In this document: positions 1 to 9,248 of the stretch, one piece after another | Layout of the letters: the number at the start of each line of letters is the position of its first letter | Numbering within the stretch: the stretch's first letter is position 1 | Source: a virus | DNA length: 64,000 nt | Strand: one strand, 5' to 3' | Virus record (IMG/VR): IMGVR_UViG_3300035670_000150 | Coordinates: 8,588 to 72,587 of that record | Made by a program: the position numbers and the translations under genes | Notes under the pieces: model-generated | What the model was told of the DNA's origin: nothing | Database searches by the model: none | The model's input: only the letters and a program-made list of their open reading frames with translations

Positions 1-2
1 AC

Positions 3-2381
3 TACTTAGCTTCTTCATTAAGCACAGGAGTGACTACAGCCACTGCTGGATGGACAACAGCAATTCAACATACCACAGTAACTAATAGGTTTCTGTGGAA
101 CTATGAAGTTACCACCTACACTGATGGCTCAACCAACACTACAGCTCCTGTGGTTATTGGTACTCAGGGCATCAATGGGGTAGGGGTATCAAGCATAGTT
201 AACTACTACTTGATTAGTGCTGCTGGTTCTGGGGTAACTACTGGGACTGCTGGATGGACTCAAGCTGTGCAAATCCCAACCAAAGCAAGCAGGTATCTGT
301 GGAACTACGAAAAGGTCACATATACCAATGGCACAGTGGAAAATACTCAGCCAGCTATCATAGGCACCTATAGTGAAAATGGGGTGAGTATCACTGGGGT
401 AACTGAGTATTACCAAGTGGGCACTTCAGGAAGTGTTGCACCTGCTGACCCTGCTTCATGGCCTACCCTAGCCCCACTGACTTCCCCCACTAACAAGTAT
501 CTCTGGAACTATGAGAAGATTTCTTACAGTGATGGAACCACTACTTCAACTACTCCTGTGGTTGTGGGTATTCATGGTGAAAAAGGGGACACAGGGGTAG
601 GTATTACTTCAGTGGTGAACGAGTATGGTTTATCCAATAGCCCTGTTACTCAACCAGCTTCATGGAGTACTTCTGTAGTTACCCCAACAAGTGCTCAAAG
701 GTACTTATGGAATAGGGAGAAAATTTCCTATACGGATAGCACAGTAGTAACCACTTCTGCCGCTATTATCGGTATGTATAGTGAAGACGGTAAAGGAATT
801 GTATCTATTACTGAGTGGTATTTGGTTACCAACAATACTACCCCACCTGCTAATGATGATGCTCGTTGGACAACTACTTTACAAATACCGACAGAAACAA
901 ATAGGTATCTGTGGAATAAGGAGGTAATTAAATACACAGTAGGGGCTGATACTGTAACTCCTCCTGTGATTATAGGTATCCACGGAACCAATGGTATTGA
1001 TGGATACAACGCAGCTACTTTGTTTATTTACCAAAGGACTGCTAATCAACCTGCATTACCTACAGCAAACGTCACATACACTTTTGCTACTGCTGCAATA
1101 ACAGGGCTAAATGGTGGCTGGTCACCTACTATCCCTGCTGGTACAGGTACTATTTGGGTAAGTACAGCTACTGCTCTATCCCAATCAGCTACGGATACCA
1201 TTGCACCTAGTGAATGGGCTGTGCCAGTGGTGCTTGCTCAGAGTGGTGAAGCAGGTAAACACGGAGCTGGTTCATACATTGTTGTGGTATCGAACGTATC
1301 TGCAATACCTGCTGATGCGGGCAAGGATAACCATATCTTGCAGTTGTCTGGTAGACCTGCTCAAGCAGGGGATATGCTGACTTATACCTCCCCTACAGGG
1401 GCAGCAGATGCAGACAAATTTGTGAAACAATTCATTCGTGGGGCAAGTACTTGGGAAGCTTTCGTATTCGCTGTGGATGGTTCTGCTGTAATCAACGGTA
1501 CTTTGGCTGCTCAGGCATTGAAAGCCGAATCTGCTATTGTTGATAAGCTGTATATCTCTGATGCCTTGGCTCAGAATGAGATGACCCTATCAGGTAAAGG
1601 AGATTATCGATTATGGGCAGGTGGTGCTGACCCTCTTACGGCTATGTTTAGCTTAGATAAATTAGGCAATATCATAGCGAAAAACGGTACTTTTAAGGGG
1701 AGAATTGAGGCTACTTCAGGCACATTCACAGGGGCGGTTAATGCCACTTCAGGTACGTTTACAGGGGTGGTTAATGCTACGTCTGGTAACTTTACAGGTA
1801 AGGTTAACGTAGGTGCGGGTTACATTCAGAATGGCACAGGTACTGCTAAGTTTTTAGCTACCAATAATGGAAACTTTTACGTTGACCATAACGGTAAGGT
1901 GTATGCTAAAGGGGGCATCTATGGTGGGGCTAGAATTGTAGCACAAGGGGAAAAAGTACTCTCTGATGCCACTACCCTTATTGCATTCCCTTCACAGTTC
2001 AGCGAGCTTTACAGGAAGGATGTGGCAATCTCTCCTTCAGGCCAACAAGGTGAAGGGGAGTACTATACTGACCGTGATGGTATGATATTCAGTACAGGCT
2101 TTACCTCACTGATGCACCATACCAATAACAGACAGTACATTGTTGCTGTATCTATTGGAGGCACATGGACGTACTACATTAACCAACAGATAAATGCTAA
2201 AGCAGGTATTTTGGCTACTGTAGTACCTATGCTTAAAATGGATGGTAACTCTTACTATTATGATGCTGAGATTTTCATTCACTGTAAGATTGTGGGTTTC
2301 TATATGAGTGCTAAAACTTCTCTATCGACAGTAAGATGGAAGCTTATAGAATTGCTAACTAACCCTGAAGAAATGGTGTGA
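3..2381 (+). CDS. Tail/host-specificity protein with tandem xYLWNxE repeats, 5'-truncated by the window edge
   Basis: Frame stays open upstream of the listed GTG at 30 (YLASSLSTGV, matching the repeat unit); five ~68-aa repeats with Gly-x-x linkers; ATSGTFTG repeats in the C-terminal part. Confidence 0.75.
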   Translation, partial: YLASSLSTGVTTATAGWTTAIQHTTVTNRFLWNYEVTTYTDGSTNTTAPVVIGTQGINGVGVSSIVNYYLISAAGSGVTTGTAGWTQAVQIPTKASRYLWNYEKVTYTNGTVENTQPAIIGTYSENGVSITGVTEYYQVGTSGSVAPADPASWPTLAPLTSPTNKYLWNYEKISYSDGTTTSTTPVVVGIHGEKGDTGVGITSVVNEYGLSNSPVTQPASWSTSVVTPTSAQRYLWNREKISYTDSTVVTTSAAIIGMYSEDGKGIVSITEWYLVTNNTTPPANDDARWTTTLQIPTETNRYLWNKEVIKYTVGADTVTPPVIIGIHGTNGIDGYNAATLFIYQRTANQPALPTANVTYTFATAAITGLNGGWSPTIPAGTGTIWVSTATALSQSATDTIAPSEWAVPVVLAQSGEAGKHGAGSYIVVVSNVSAIPADAGKDNHILQLSGRPAQAGDMLTYTSPTGAADADKFVKQFIRGASTWEAFVFAVDGSAVINGTLAAQALKAESAIVDKLYISDALAQNEMTLSGKGDYRLWAGGADPLTAMFSLDKLGNIIAKNGTFKGRIEATSGTFTGAVNATSGTFTGVVNATSGNFTGKVNVGAGYIQNGTGTAKFLATNNGNFYVDHNGKVYAKGGIYGGARIVAQGEKVLSDATTLIAFPSQFSELYRKDVAISPSGQQGEGEYYTDRDGMIFSTGFTSLMHHTNNRQYIVAVSIGGTWTYYINQQINAKAGILATVVPMLKMDGNSYYYDAEIFIHCKIVGFYMSAKTSLSTVRWKLIELLTNPEEMV

Positions 2382-2388
2382 GGACAGT

Positions 2389-2628
2389 ATGGGTAAATTA
2401 ATTATTAAACAGTTGGGTGAAGGGTTTTCTGAATACAGAACTGCATTACACCAGATAGGGGCAGAGTTAGGGGATATGATATTTCCTAGTGAAGTCCCTG
2501 TGGAAGTAGAATTAGTCGATGGTGCTCAGTACCATGCGACTTTGTTTTTTGGTAATGGTCAAACACTAGAATTTGATATTAATGGGAGTGAGACTACTGA
2601 CTTACTTAATTTAATTGAGAACTATTAA
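2389..2628 (+). CDS. Small hypothetical protein (possibly tail-associated)
   Basis: ATG with GAGGA RBS directly after the tail gene. Confidence 0.6.
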   Translation: MGKLIIKQLGEGFSEYRTALHQIGAELGDMIFPSEVPVEVELVDGAQYHATLFFGNGQTLEFDINGSETTDLLNLIENY

Positions 2629-2638
2629 ACAGTTTACG

Positions 2639-2665
2639 GGTAGAATACTGATACAGTGTTCTACC
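2639..2665 (+). terminator. Stem-loop between tail operon and portal
   Basis: GGTAGAATACTG-ATA-CAGTGTTCTACC with one G-U pair; weak U-tract. Confidence 0.5.
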
Positions 2666-2723
2666 TATAATCTTTCAATGTGTTGTATCATTACCCAAAT
2701 TAAGTTTAAGTTACGAGGTTACA

Positions 2724-4904
2724 ATGGCTAAGAAGACTACAAAAGAGGATGAGTTAGAAATCATCGAAAACCCTTCTGAAATCATCGAAGAAGTTGAAGA
2801 TGCTAAAAGCGTTGGGGTAGATTGGGAAAATCCTCCTTCTTTGGCTGCTATGCAAGAAGACCTCGCTAATATCATTACTCACCACGGTAAGAACATTGAG
2901 TCTATTGACCGTTGGTTAGACTTATTGCATATCCGTGGTTCTGCCAAGCGTCCTAAAATTGCAGGGCGTTCTAACGTACAGCCTAAACTCATTCGTAGGC
3001 AAATGGAATGGCGTATTCCAACGCTTACAGACCCTTTCCTAAGTACCAAAGAGCTGTTTAATGTTCAAGGTAAAACCTTCGAAGACGTTTATGCCGCCAA
3101 GCAAAACCAATTAGTATTGAACTACCAGTTCGACACTATCATTGATAAAACTCAGTTTATTGATAAGTATGTCCGTACCTTTGCCAGTGAGGGCACGGTA
3201 TTCTTACGAGTAGGTTGGAAATTCAGGGAAGAAACCAAAGAGGTAGAAGTACCCAAGTATGAATATCGTGTCCCCACTGCTGAAGATATGGTGGTGTTGC
3301 AACAAGCTGTGCAATTGCAAGCAGAGGATTTAGGCAAGTATATTGCCTTGGTTCCTGAGAGTGTGAAGCACTCATTAGAACTTACTCAAGCTGGAGGTGT
3401 TCCTACGTTTGCAGTGCAAGTAGGGATGGAAAAAGAGGAGCAGTTAGTTACTACTGCTAACCACCCCACATTGGATATTGTGGATTACCGTAGACTATAT
3501 ATTGACCCTAACTGCCAAGATAATATCGAAGATGCTGAAGTCATCATCTATTCGTTTATGACTTCTATGTCAGAGTTGATTGCTTCGGGCAAGTACTCCA
3601 ATTTAGATAAAGTTCAGGTAGATAATGCCACTGTTGCTTCACTCACTGATGAACAGTTCAATGCGGGGAATATCCTTAACTTCAATGATGAAGCACGCAA
3701 GCGTTTGATAGCTTATGAGTATTGGGGCAATTGGGATATTCATGGTGATGGGGTAGCTGTGCCTATTGTGGCTACATGGATTGGTGATGTGCTTATTCAC
3801 ATGGAAGAAAACCCCTTCCCTGATAAGAAACACCCCTTTGTGAATGCTACCTATATCCCTGTTAAAAACTCAGTATATGGTGAACCTGATGCAGAACTTT
3901 TAGCTGATGCCCAAGCCATCTATGGGGCTACAATGCGTAGTATGGTGGACATCCTAGGCAGAACAGCTAACGGTCAAGAGGGGATGAGACAAGACCTGTT
4001 AGATGCAGTGAATAAACGTAAGTACCTCAGAGGAGATGCTTACGAGTTCAACCCTACAGTGGATGCACGCCAAGGTATCATCAAGCATGTGGCTCCTGAG
4101 ATTCCTCAATCAGCCACCTATATGCTTCAGTTACAAAATAACGAAGCTGAGTCCTATTCGGGGGTTAAAGCATACTCCTCTGGTATTGGTTCTACTGCTT
4201 TGGGTGATGTAGCTGCTGGTATTAAAGGCGCTTTAGATGCTGCGTCTAAACGCGATTTAAGTATCTTACGGAGACTGGCTTCAGGTTTAGAGAAAGCAGC
4301 TCGTAAAATTATATCCCTCAATTCTGTATTCTTAGATGAAACAGAAGTGGTGCGTATCACAGAAGGCAAATATGTGCCTATACGTAGGGATGATTTAGCG
4401 GGTAATTTTGACTTAAGCTTATCTATTAGCACTGCTGAGGAAAATGAAAACAAAGCTAGTAAATTAGCTTTCATGCTTCAAACTTTAGGTAATACAGTAC
4501 CATTTGAATTAACCAAAACAGTATTAACTCAAATTGCTGACCTATATAAAATGCCTGACTTGGCTAAACGGTTGGAGAATTACACTCCTGCCCCTGACCC
4601 AGTTCAGCAACAGAAGGACGCTCTTGAATTACAATTACTTCAAATGAAAATTGAACAAGAGAAAGCTCAAATTGAAGAACATAGAGCCAAGACTCAGTAT
4701 TATCTTTCTCAATCTGCTAATAAAGATGCAGATACTAATAAGAAAGTGCTGGACTTTGTGGAACAAGAATCAGGAACTACGCAAGAAAGAGCCAAGGAAT
4801 TGCATCAAGCACAGGCTGAAGGTAATATAAAGCTCGAATTGGTTAAAGCAGCAATAACCAAAGAAACTGTAAAAAAAGATAAACCTACACCAACCTCCAT
4901 CTGA
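2724..4904 (+). CDS. Portal protein (N4 gp59-like)
   Basis: 726 aa; DWENPPSL and GRSNVQPKLIRRQMEWR motifs typical of N4-like portals; upstream of the MCP. Confidence 0.92.
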   Translation: MAKKTTKEDELEIIENPSEIIEEVEDAKSVGVDWENPPSLAAMQEDLANIITHHGKNIESIDRWLDLLHIRGSAKRPKIAGRSNVQPKLIRRQMEWRIPTLTDPFLSTKELFNVQGKTFEDVYAAKQNQLVLNYQFDTIIDKTQFIDKYVRTFASEGTVFLRVGWKFREETKEVEVPKYEYRVPTAEDMVVLQQAVQLQAEDLGKYIALVPESVKHSLELTQAGGVPTFAVQVGMEKEEQLVTTANHPTLDIVDYRRLYIDPNCQDNIEDAEVIIYSFMTSMSELIASGKYSNLDKVQVDNATVASLTDEQFNAGNILNFNDEARKRLIAYEYWGNWDIHGDGVAVPIVATWIGDVLIHMEENPFPDKKHPFVNATYIPVKNSVYGEPDAELLADAQAIYGATMRSMVDILGRTANGQEGMRQDLLDAVNKRKYLRGDAYEFNPTVDARQGIIKHVAPEIPQSATYMLQLQNNEAESYSGVKAYSSGIGSTALGDVAAGIKGALDAASKRDLSILRRLASGLEKAARKIISLNSVFLDETEVVRITEGKYVPIRRDDLAGNFDLSLSISTAEENENKASKLAFMLQTLGNTVPFELTKTVLTQIADLYKMPDLAKRLENYTPAPDPVQQQKDALELQLLQMKIEQEKAQIEEHRAKTQYYLSQSANKDADTNKKVLDFVEQESGTTQERAKELHQAQAEGNIKLELVKAAITKETVKKDKPTPTSI

Positions 4905-4932
4905 ACGGTATTAGCCGCAGGACAAGGAAAAT

Positions 4933-5307
4933 ATGAAACCAATGGTAGAAGTAACTAAAGAAGAAGCAATTGCAGAGTGCCAACAGCGTATTGAAATTTA
5001 CACGAAGAACGCTGAAAAATTAGCAATGCTTGACAGGCTTGTTTTAAATCCAGACTTTATTGCATTGATTGAAGAAGATTACTTCAAAGCTCGGCCAGTT
5101 CGTTTGGTTATGGCAAAAGGTAATCCGTCAATGGATAGTGCAGATAGCCAAGCTCGGTTAGTGCGTGAAATGGATGGTATTGCAATGCTACGCCAGTACT
5201 TCCATGTAATTGAAACAGAAGGCACTGTTGCTAAGGCTATGATTGAGCGTGAGCTTGACCAAATCAAAGAATTAGAATTAGAAGTTGAAGGGGATTACCA
5301 TGAGTAA
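4933..5307 (+). CDS. Conserved hypothetical protein (N4 gp58-like position)
   Basis: LxRLxxNPDFxxLIEEDYF motif; synteny between portal and gp57. Confidence 0.65.
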   Translation: MKPMVEVTKEEAIAECQQRIEIYTKNAEKLAMLDRLVLNPDFIALIEEDYFKARPVRLVMAKGNPSMDSADSQARLVREMDGIAMLRQYFHVIETEGTVAKAMIERELDQIKELELEVEGDYHE

Positions 5308-6415
5308 GAAAACCCTCGAATCACTGGCAGCTATGTCAGATGCGGATTTCGCTAAATTTTCTGCCTCCCTTCCAGCTACTGAAGAACCTACTTCAGATGT
5401 AGATGATACTGAAGACACCGATGATAATGATGCTACGGATGTTGAGGTAGAAGATGACTCAAACAATGAGGAAGAGACGGCCACTGCTGATGACTCAGAT
5501 GAGGAGGAAGCAGAGGAACAGGAAGATGATGCAGAAGAGGGAGAAGCAGAACAGGAAGCTACGGAAGATGAAGACGAAGCAACTGCTGCTGACGACAAAT
5601 CTGATATTGAGTCTACCAGTGCCAAACAGTTAGAAAAACTGTTTACTCCTTTTAATGCTAATGGCACCCAAATCAAAATTGATTCAGTAGAGGAAGCTAT
5701 TGAATTAATGCAGATGGGTGCTAATTATCATAAAAAGATGCACACGCTCAAACCTTACATGAATATCGTTAAAACACTTGAAAAAAATAATCTATTAAAC
5801 GAAGATAGTATTAACTTCTTAATTGATTTATCCAAGAAGGATAAAAATGCAATTAGTAAGTTGATGGCTGATGGTGAAATTAATCCATTAGACATCGAAA
5901 CGGAAGCCGTTAATTATTCTCCTGCAAAGCACGTTGTAAGTAATGAAGAAGTTTTATTAGATGAGGTGCTCCAGTCCATTAAGGGCACTCCAACATTTAA
6001 AGAAACGATGGACGTCATTACTCAACAATGGGATGCACCCAGTAAAGTATATTTAACAGCAAACCCTAAACGCATTGCTGACTTGAACGCACATAAGGCA
6101 AGTGGATTATTTGACCTTATCAATACGGAAGTAGCCAAGCAACGTATGTTTGGGAGATTGCAAGGGCTTTCTGATTTTGAAGCTTATGAGCGTGTTGGTA
6201 TCCAAGTACTCGAAAAGCAAATGGCAACTGCTACGCAACATGCTAGCAACCCAAAAACTGCTAAGAGTAAGGTAGACCCTGAAACGCAAAAAGCACAAAA
6301 ACAAAAAGTAGCTGCACCAAAAGGGAAAATTACGAATGCGGCTTTACCTAATGTGGAAAGACTAGCCTCGTTATCTGATGAAGATTTCTTGAAGCTGTCT
6401 AAAAAATATATTTAA
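5300..6415 (+). CDS. N4 gp57-like protein (acidic; putative scaffold/tape-measure-type)
   Basis: Acidic N-terminus, then FTPFNANG..I and LMQMGANYHKKM motifs; ATG at 5300 with GGGGA RBS; immediately upstream of MCP. Confidence 0.8.
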   Translation: MSKKTLESLAAMSDADFAKFSASLPATEEPTSDVDDTEDTDDNDATDVEVEDDSNNEEETATADDSDEEEAEEQEDDAEEGEAEQEATEDEDEATAADDKSDIESTSAKQLEKLFTPFNANGTQIKIDSVEEAIELMQMGANYHKKMHTLKPYMNIVKTLEKNNLLNEDSINFLIDLSKKDKNAISKLMADGEINPLDIETEAVNYSPAKHVVSNEEVLLDEVLQSIKGTPTFKETMDVITQQWDAPSKVYLTANPKRIADLNAHKASGLFDLINTEVAKQRMFGRLQGLSDFEAYERVGIQVLEKQMATATQHASNPKTAKSKVDPETQKAQKQKVAAPKGKITNAALPNVERLASLSDEDFLKLSKKYI

Positions 6416-6437
6416 TAACTAGCGGAGTTATGCATCT

Positions 6438-7622
6438 ATGGCTATGCAATATAAAGACCCCATTGGTGGTACAAAGTCATCTATCGGTGATCAGTTATCA
6501 CTATACGTTTTCGACCGCAATTCTCTAATTGAGATGCAGAAGGAACAGTATTTTACTCAAATGTCTGACACTACCAGTATGCCTAAGCATTTTGGTAAAA
6601 CTATCAAGAAATTCGTTTGGATTCCGATGCTTGATGACCGCAACGTTAACGACCAAGGTTTGGATGCTGCTGGTGCCCAATATGCTAAGGGTAACATCTA
6701 CGGTTCAAGCAAGGACGTTGGTACAATCGTTTCTCGTTTACCTGTGGTAGGTGAAAACGGTGGCCGTGTAAACCGTGTTGGCTTCACCCGTGTAACACTG
6801 CAAGCGGAAATTACGAAGTTAGGCTTCTTCACTGAATTCACTCGTGACTCAGTGCAGTTCGATAGCGAACAAGACATCTTACGTCACTACCGCCGTGAAA
6901 TGATGTATGGCGCTAACGAAATCTCTGAAGATGCTCTTCAGGTTGATTTGTTAAACGCTGCTGGCGTGGTTCGTTATGCGGGTATTGCAACCCAAAACAG
7001 CGAAGTTACAGGTGAAGGTGATAACGTATCAGAAGTTGATTATGATGACCTGATGCGTTTGGCTATCGACTTACGTAACAACCGTACTCCACTGCGTACT
7101 AAGGTAATCGTAGGTTCTACCCTGACTGATACCCGTGTGATTGCAGATGGCTACCCACTGTACATCGGTAGTGAATTGCTTCCTACCCTGAAGCACATGG
7201 CTGACCCATTTGGCAACCCTGCATTTATTGCAGTTCAGCACTATGCTGATGGTGGTAATACCTTACGTGGTGAAGTTGGTACAGTAGACCATTTCCGTAT
7301 CATCGTAGTTCCTGAAATGCAACACTTTGCAGGTGCTGGTGCTACAGCTACCGCAGCCAACAAAGGCTATATGGCTACTGCTGGTAAGTACGATGTGTTC
7401 CCAATGCTGTGTGTAGGCGGTGACTCATTTACTACCTTAGGCTTCCAGTCTGATGGTAAAAGTGAGAAGTACAAAATCATCACCAAGATGTATGGCGAAG
7501 AAACCGCAGACCGTACTGACCCTTACGGTGAAACTGGTCTGGCGTCTATTCAGTGGTGGTACGGTACTTTAGTACAACGCCCAGAACGAATTGCACTGTT
7601 AAAAACTGTTGCTCGTCGTTAA
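6438..7622 (+). CDS. Major capsid protein (N4 gp56-like)
   Basis: MPKHFGKTIK, LDDRNVNDQGLDAAG, ENGGRVNRVGFTR and DPYGETG..SIQWWYG motifs of N4-like MCPs. Confidence 0.96.
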   Translation: MAMQYKDPIGGTKSSIGDQLSLYVFDRNSLIEMQKEQYFTQMSDTTSMPKHFGKTIKKFVWIPMLDDRNVNDQGLDAAGAQYAKGNIYGSSKDVGTIVSRLPVVGENGGRVNRVGFTRVTLQAEITKLGFFTEFTRDSVQFDSEQDILRHYRREMMYGANEISEDALQVDLLNAAGVVRYAGIATQNSEVTGEGDNVSEVDYDDLMRLAIDLRNNRTPLRTKVIVGSTLTDTRVIADGYPLYIGSELLPTLKHMADPFGNPAFIAVQHYADGGNTLRGEVGTVDHFRIIVVPEMQHFAGAGATATAANKGYMATAGKYDVFPMLCVGGDSFTTLGFQSDGKSEKYKIITKMYGEETADRTDPYGETGLASIQWWYGTLVQRPERIALLKTVARR

Positions 7623-7637
7623 TCCCTGATAGTATGA

Positions 7638-7667
7638 AGGAGCCTAGAAATAGGCTCCTATTTTATT
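7638..7667 (+). terminator. Rho-independent terminator after MCP
   Basis: AGGAGCCTA-GAAA-TAGGCTCCT followed by ATTTTATT. Confidence 0.85.
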
Positions 7668-7706
7668 AGCTCAATTTAGTCATATGGTTCCACCCATTAA
7701 AAGGAA

Positions 7707-8348
7707 ATGAAAATGTTTGAAAACAATCCAGATACCGAAACCACTCAAGACCAGTTAGAAGATGCCTCTTTAGAAGCTGCTGAAACAGCTCCTACTTATA
7801 CCCCTGAAGATGAAATGGCTGCATTAAAAGCCAGAGCACGCCTATTAAAAATTACCGTGCGTGGTAATCCTTCGTTAGAAACCATGCGTAAATTGGTTAA
7901 CGATGCAATTAATGGCACAACCGAAGAAACCCCTGAAGGCAGTACTCCAACTTCTGCCCCTAAAGCGTTAACCAAACAAGAGAAAGAGCAGCAAGTTATT
8001 GATGATGCTATGCGCTTAGTTCGGGTACGCATTGTGTGTATGAACCCTGCCAAGCGTGATATTCAGGGTGAAATTATCTCCGTGGGTAATAAGCTGTTAG
8101 GCACAGTTAAAAAGTTCGTTCCCTTTGTTGCTTCTGCGCATCCTGATGGTTATCACTTGCCCAACATCCTGTATCAAGAGATGAAATCTCGTAAGTATCA
8201 GGGTTTCCGTACCGTCACACACAACAACGGGCAAAAGACGCAAGAAGCAGCTTTATTCAATGAGTTCGCCATTGAAGTGCTGCCTAACCTATCACCTGAA
8301 GAGCTGAAAGAATTGGCTCAAGTACAGGCTGCTAAGAAAGGCGTTTAA
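7707..8348 (+). CDS. N4 gp55-like protein
   Basis: LVRVRIVCMNPAKRDIQGEI and EFAIEVLPNLSPEELKELA motifs; synteny. Confidence 0.8.
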   Translation: MKMFENNPDTETTQDQLEDASLEAAETAPTYTPEDEMAALKARARLLKITVRGNPSLETMRKLVNDAINGTTEETPEGSTPTSAPKALTKQEKEQQVIDDAMRLVRVRIVCMNPAKRDIQGEIISVGNKLLGTVKKFVPFVASAHPDGYHLPNILYQEMKSRKYQGFRTVTHNNGQKTQEAALFNEFAIEVLPNLSPEELKELAQVQAAKKGV

Positions 8349-8358
8349 GGGGTAGACC

Positions 8359-9180
8359 ATGGCAGTGAATAACACTATCGAGGAATTAACCAAAGGGTCA
8401 GTGGACGGTAATGGTGCATTCGATTGTTTGATGCGTGCTGTTGCTGCTCACTTAGAAAAAGAGCATAAGTCATCACGCATTACGGGTGCAGACTATACCC
8501 AAGTATACCTTGGTTCTATCACTGCCGTTCTTGCCCAAGCTACTCAATATGTTTTACAGTCTGAACTGACTAAGAAGCAAACTGCTTTAGTCGATGCCCA
8601 GATTAAAAATATTGAGAAAAATAGTGAATTGGTTGCTGCTCAGATACGCAAGATGGATGCTGATGTTTTAGTATCCGAGCAACAAATCCGCTTGATGCAA
8701 GAGCAGGTTGCCCAAGTAGTGCAACAAACCCGTTTAACAACACAGCAAGTTACCAATGCTATGAAGGACGTTGAGGTAGCTACTGAACAGATTTTAAAAA
8801 TCAAAGCTGATGTTAAAGCTGTTGAGCAGAGTATCATTAATGCCAAGAGCCAAGACCTTTTGATTAATAAAAACATTACTAAAATCGATGTTGAAAATGA
8901 GTTATTGCAACAAAAGATTGAAACTGAGAAAGCCCAAACTTTAGGTACTTCATCTACAGTACAGGGTGTACTCGGCAAGCAGATGCTGTTATTTGATAAG
9001 CAAGCTGAAGGTTTTGACAGGAACGCAGAACAGAAGCTGGCTAAAATTCTGGTCGATACATGGACAGTAAGACAAACTACCGATGGTGCCAATGTGGATA
9101 CTAACGGTTTGTCAGATTCAGAAATCAATAAGGTGCTGAACGTTGCCAAGATTGGTATTGGAGTTGCCCCCTTTAGTTAA
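8359..9180 (+). CDS. N4 gp54-like structural protein
   Basis: GNGAFDxLM...RITGADYTQVYLG N-terminus; GVLGKQ..L..KQ..GF.R.AEQK C-terminus; coiled-coil middle. Confidence 0.8.
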   Translation: MAVNNTIEELTKGSVDGNGAFDCLMRAVAAHLEKEHKSSRITGADYTQVYLGSITAVLAQATQYVLQSELTKKQTALVDAQIKNIEKNSELVAAQIRKMDADVLVSEQQIRLMQEQVAQVVQQTRLTTQQVTNAMKDVEVATEQILKIKADVKAVEQSIINAKSQDLLINKNITKIDVENELLQQKIETEKAQTLGTSSTVQGVLGKQMLLFDKQAEGFDRNAEQKLAKILVDTWTVRQTTDGANVDTNGLSDSEINKVLNVAKIGIGVAPFS

Positions 9181-9201
9181 TACTCAGTAATCGGTCTAGT
9201 G

Positions 9202-9232
9202 AAAAAAGAGTCTTTATAGTAGACTCTTTTTT
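9202..9232. terminator. Potentially bidirectional terminator
   Basis: AAAAAAGAGTCT-TTATAGT-AGACTCTTTTTT. Confidence 0.8.
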
Positions 9233-9248
9233 ATTTCAGGCATTTGAT

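Noticed and set aside
1-2381. Diversity-generating retroelement acting on tail genes
   Set aside because: No reverse transcriptase and no adenine-specific TR/VR repeat pair noticed; the repeats are diverged at the protein level
5278-5676. Ser-rich antisense ORF, and similar ones at 8640-9149, 14296-15027 and 62178-62411
   Set aside because: Shadow frames of acidic or Ala-rich genes on the opposite strand
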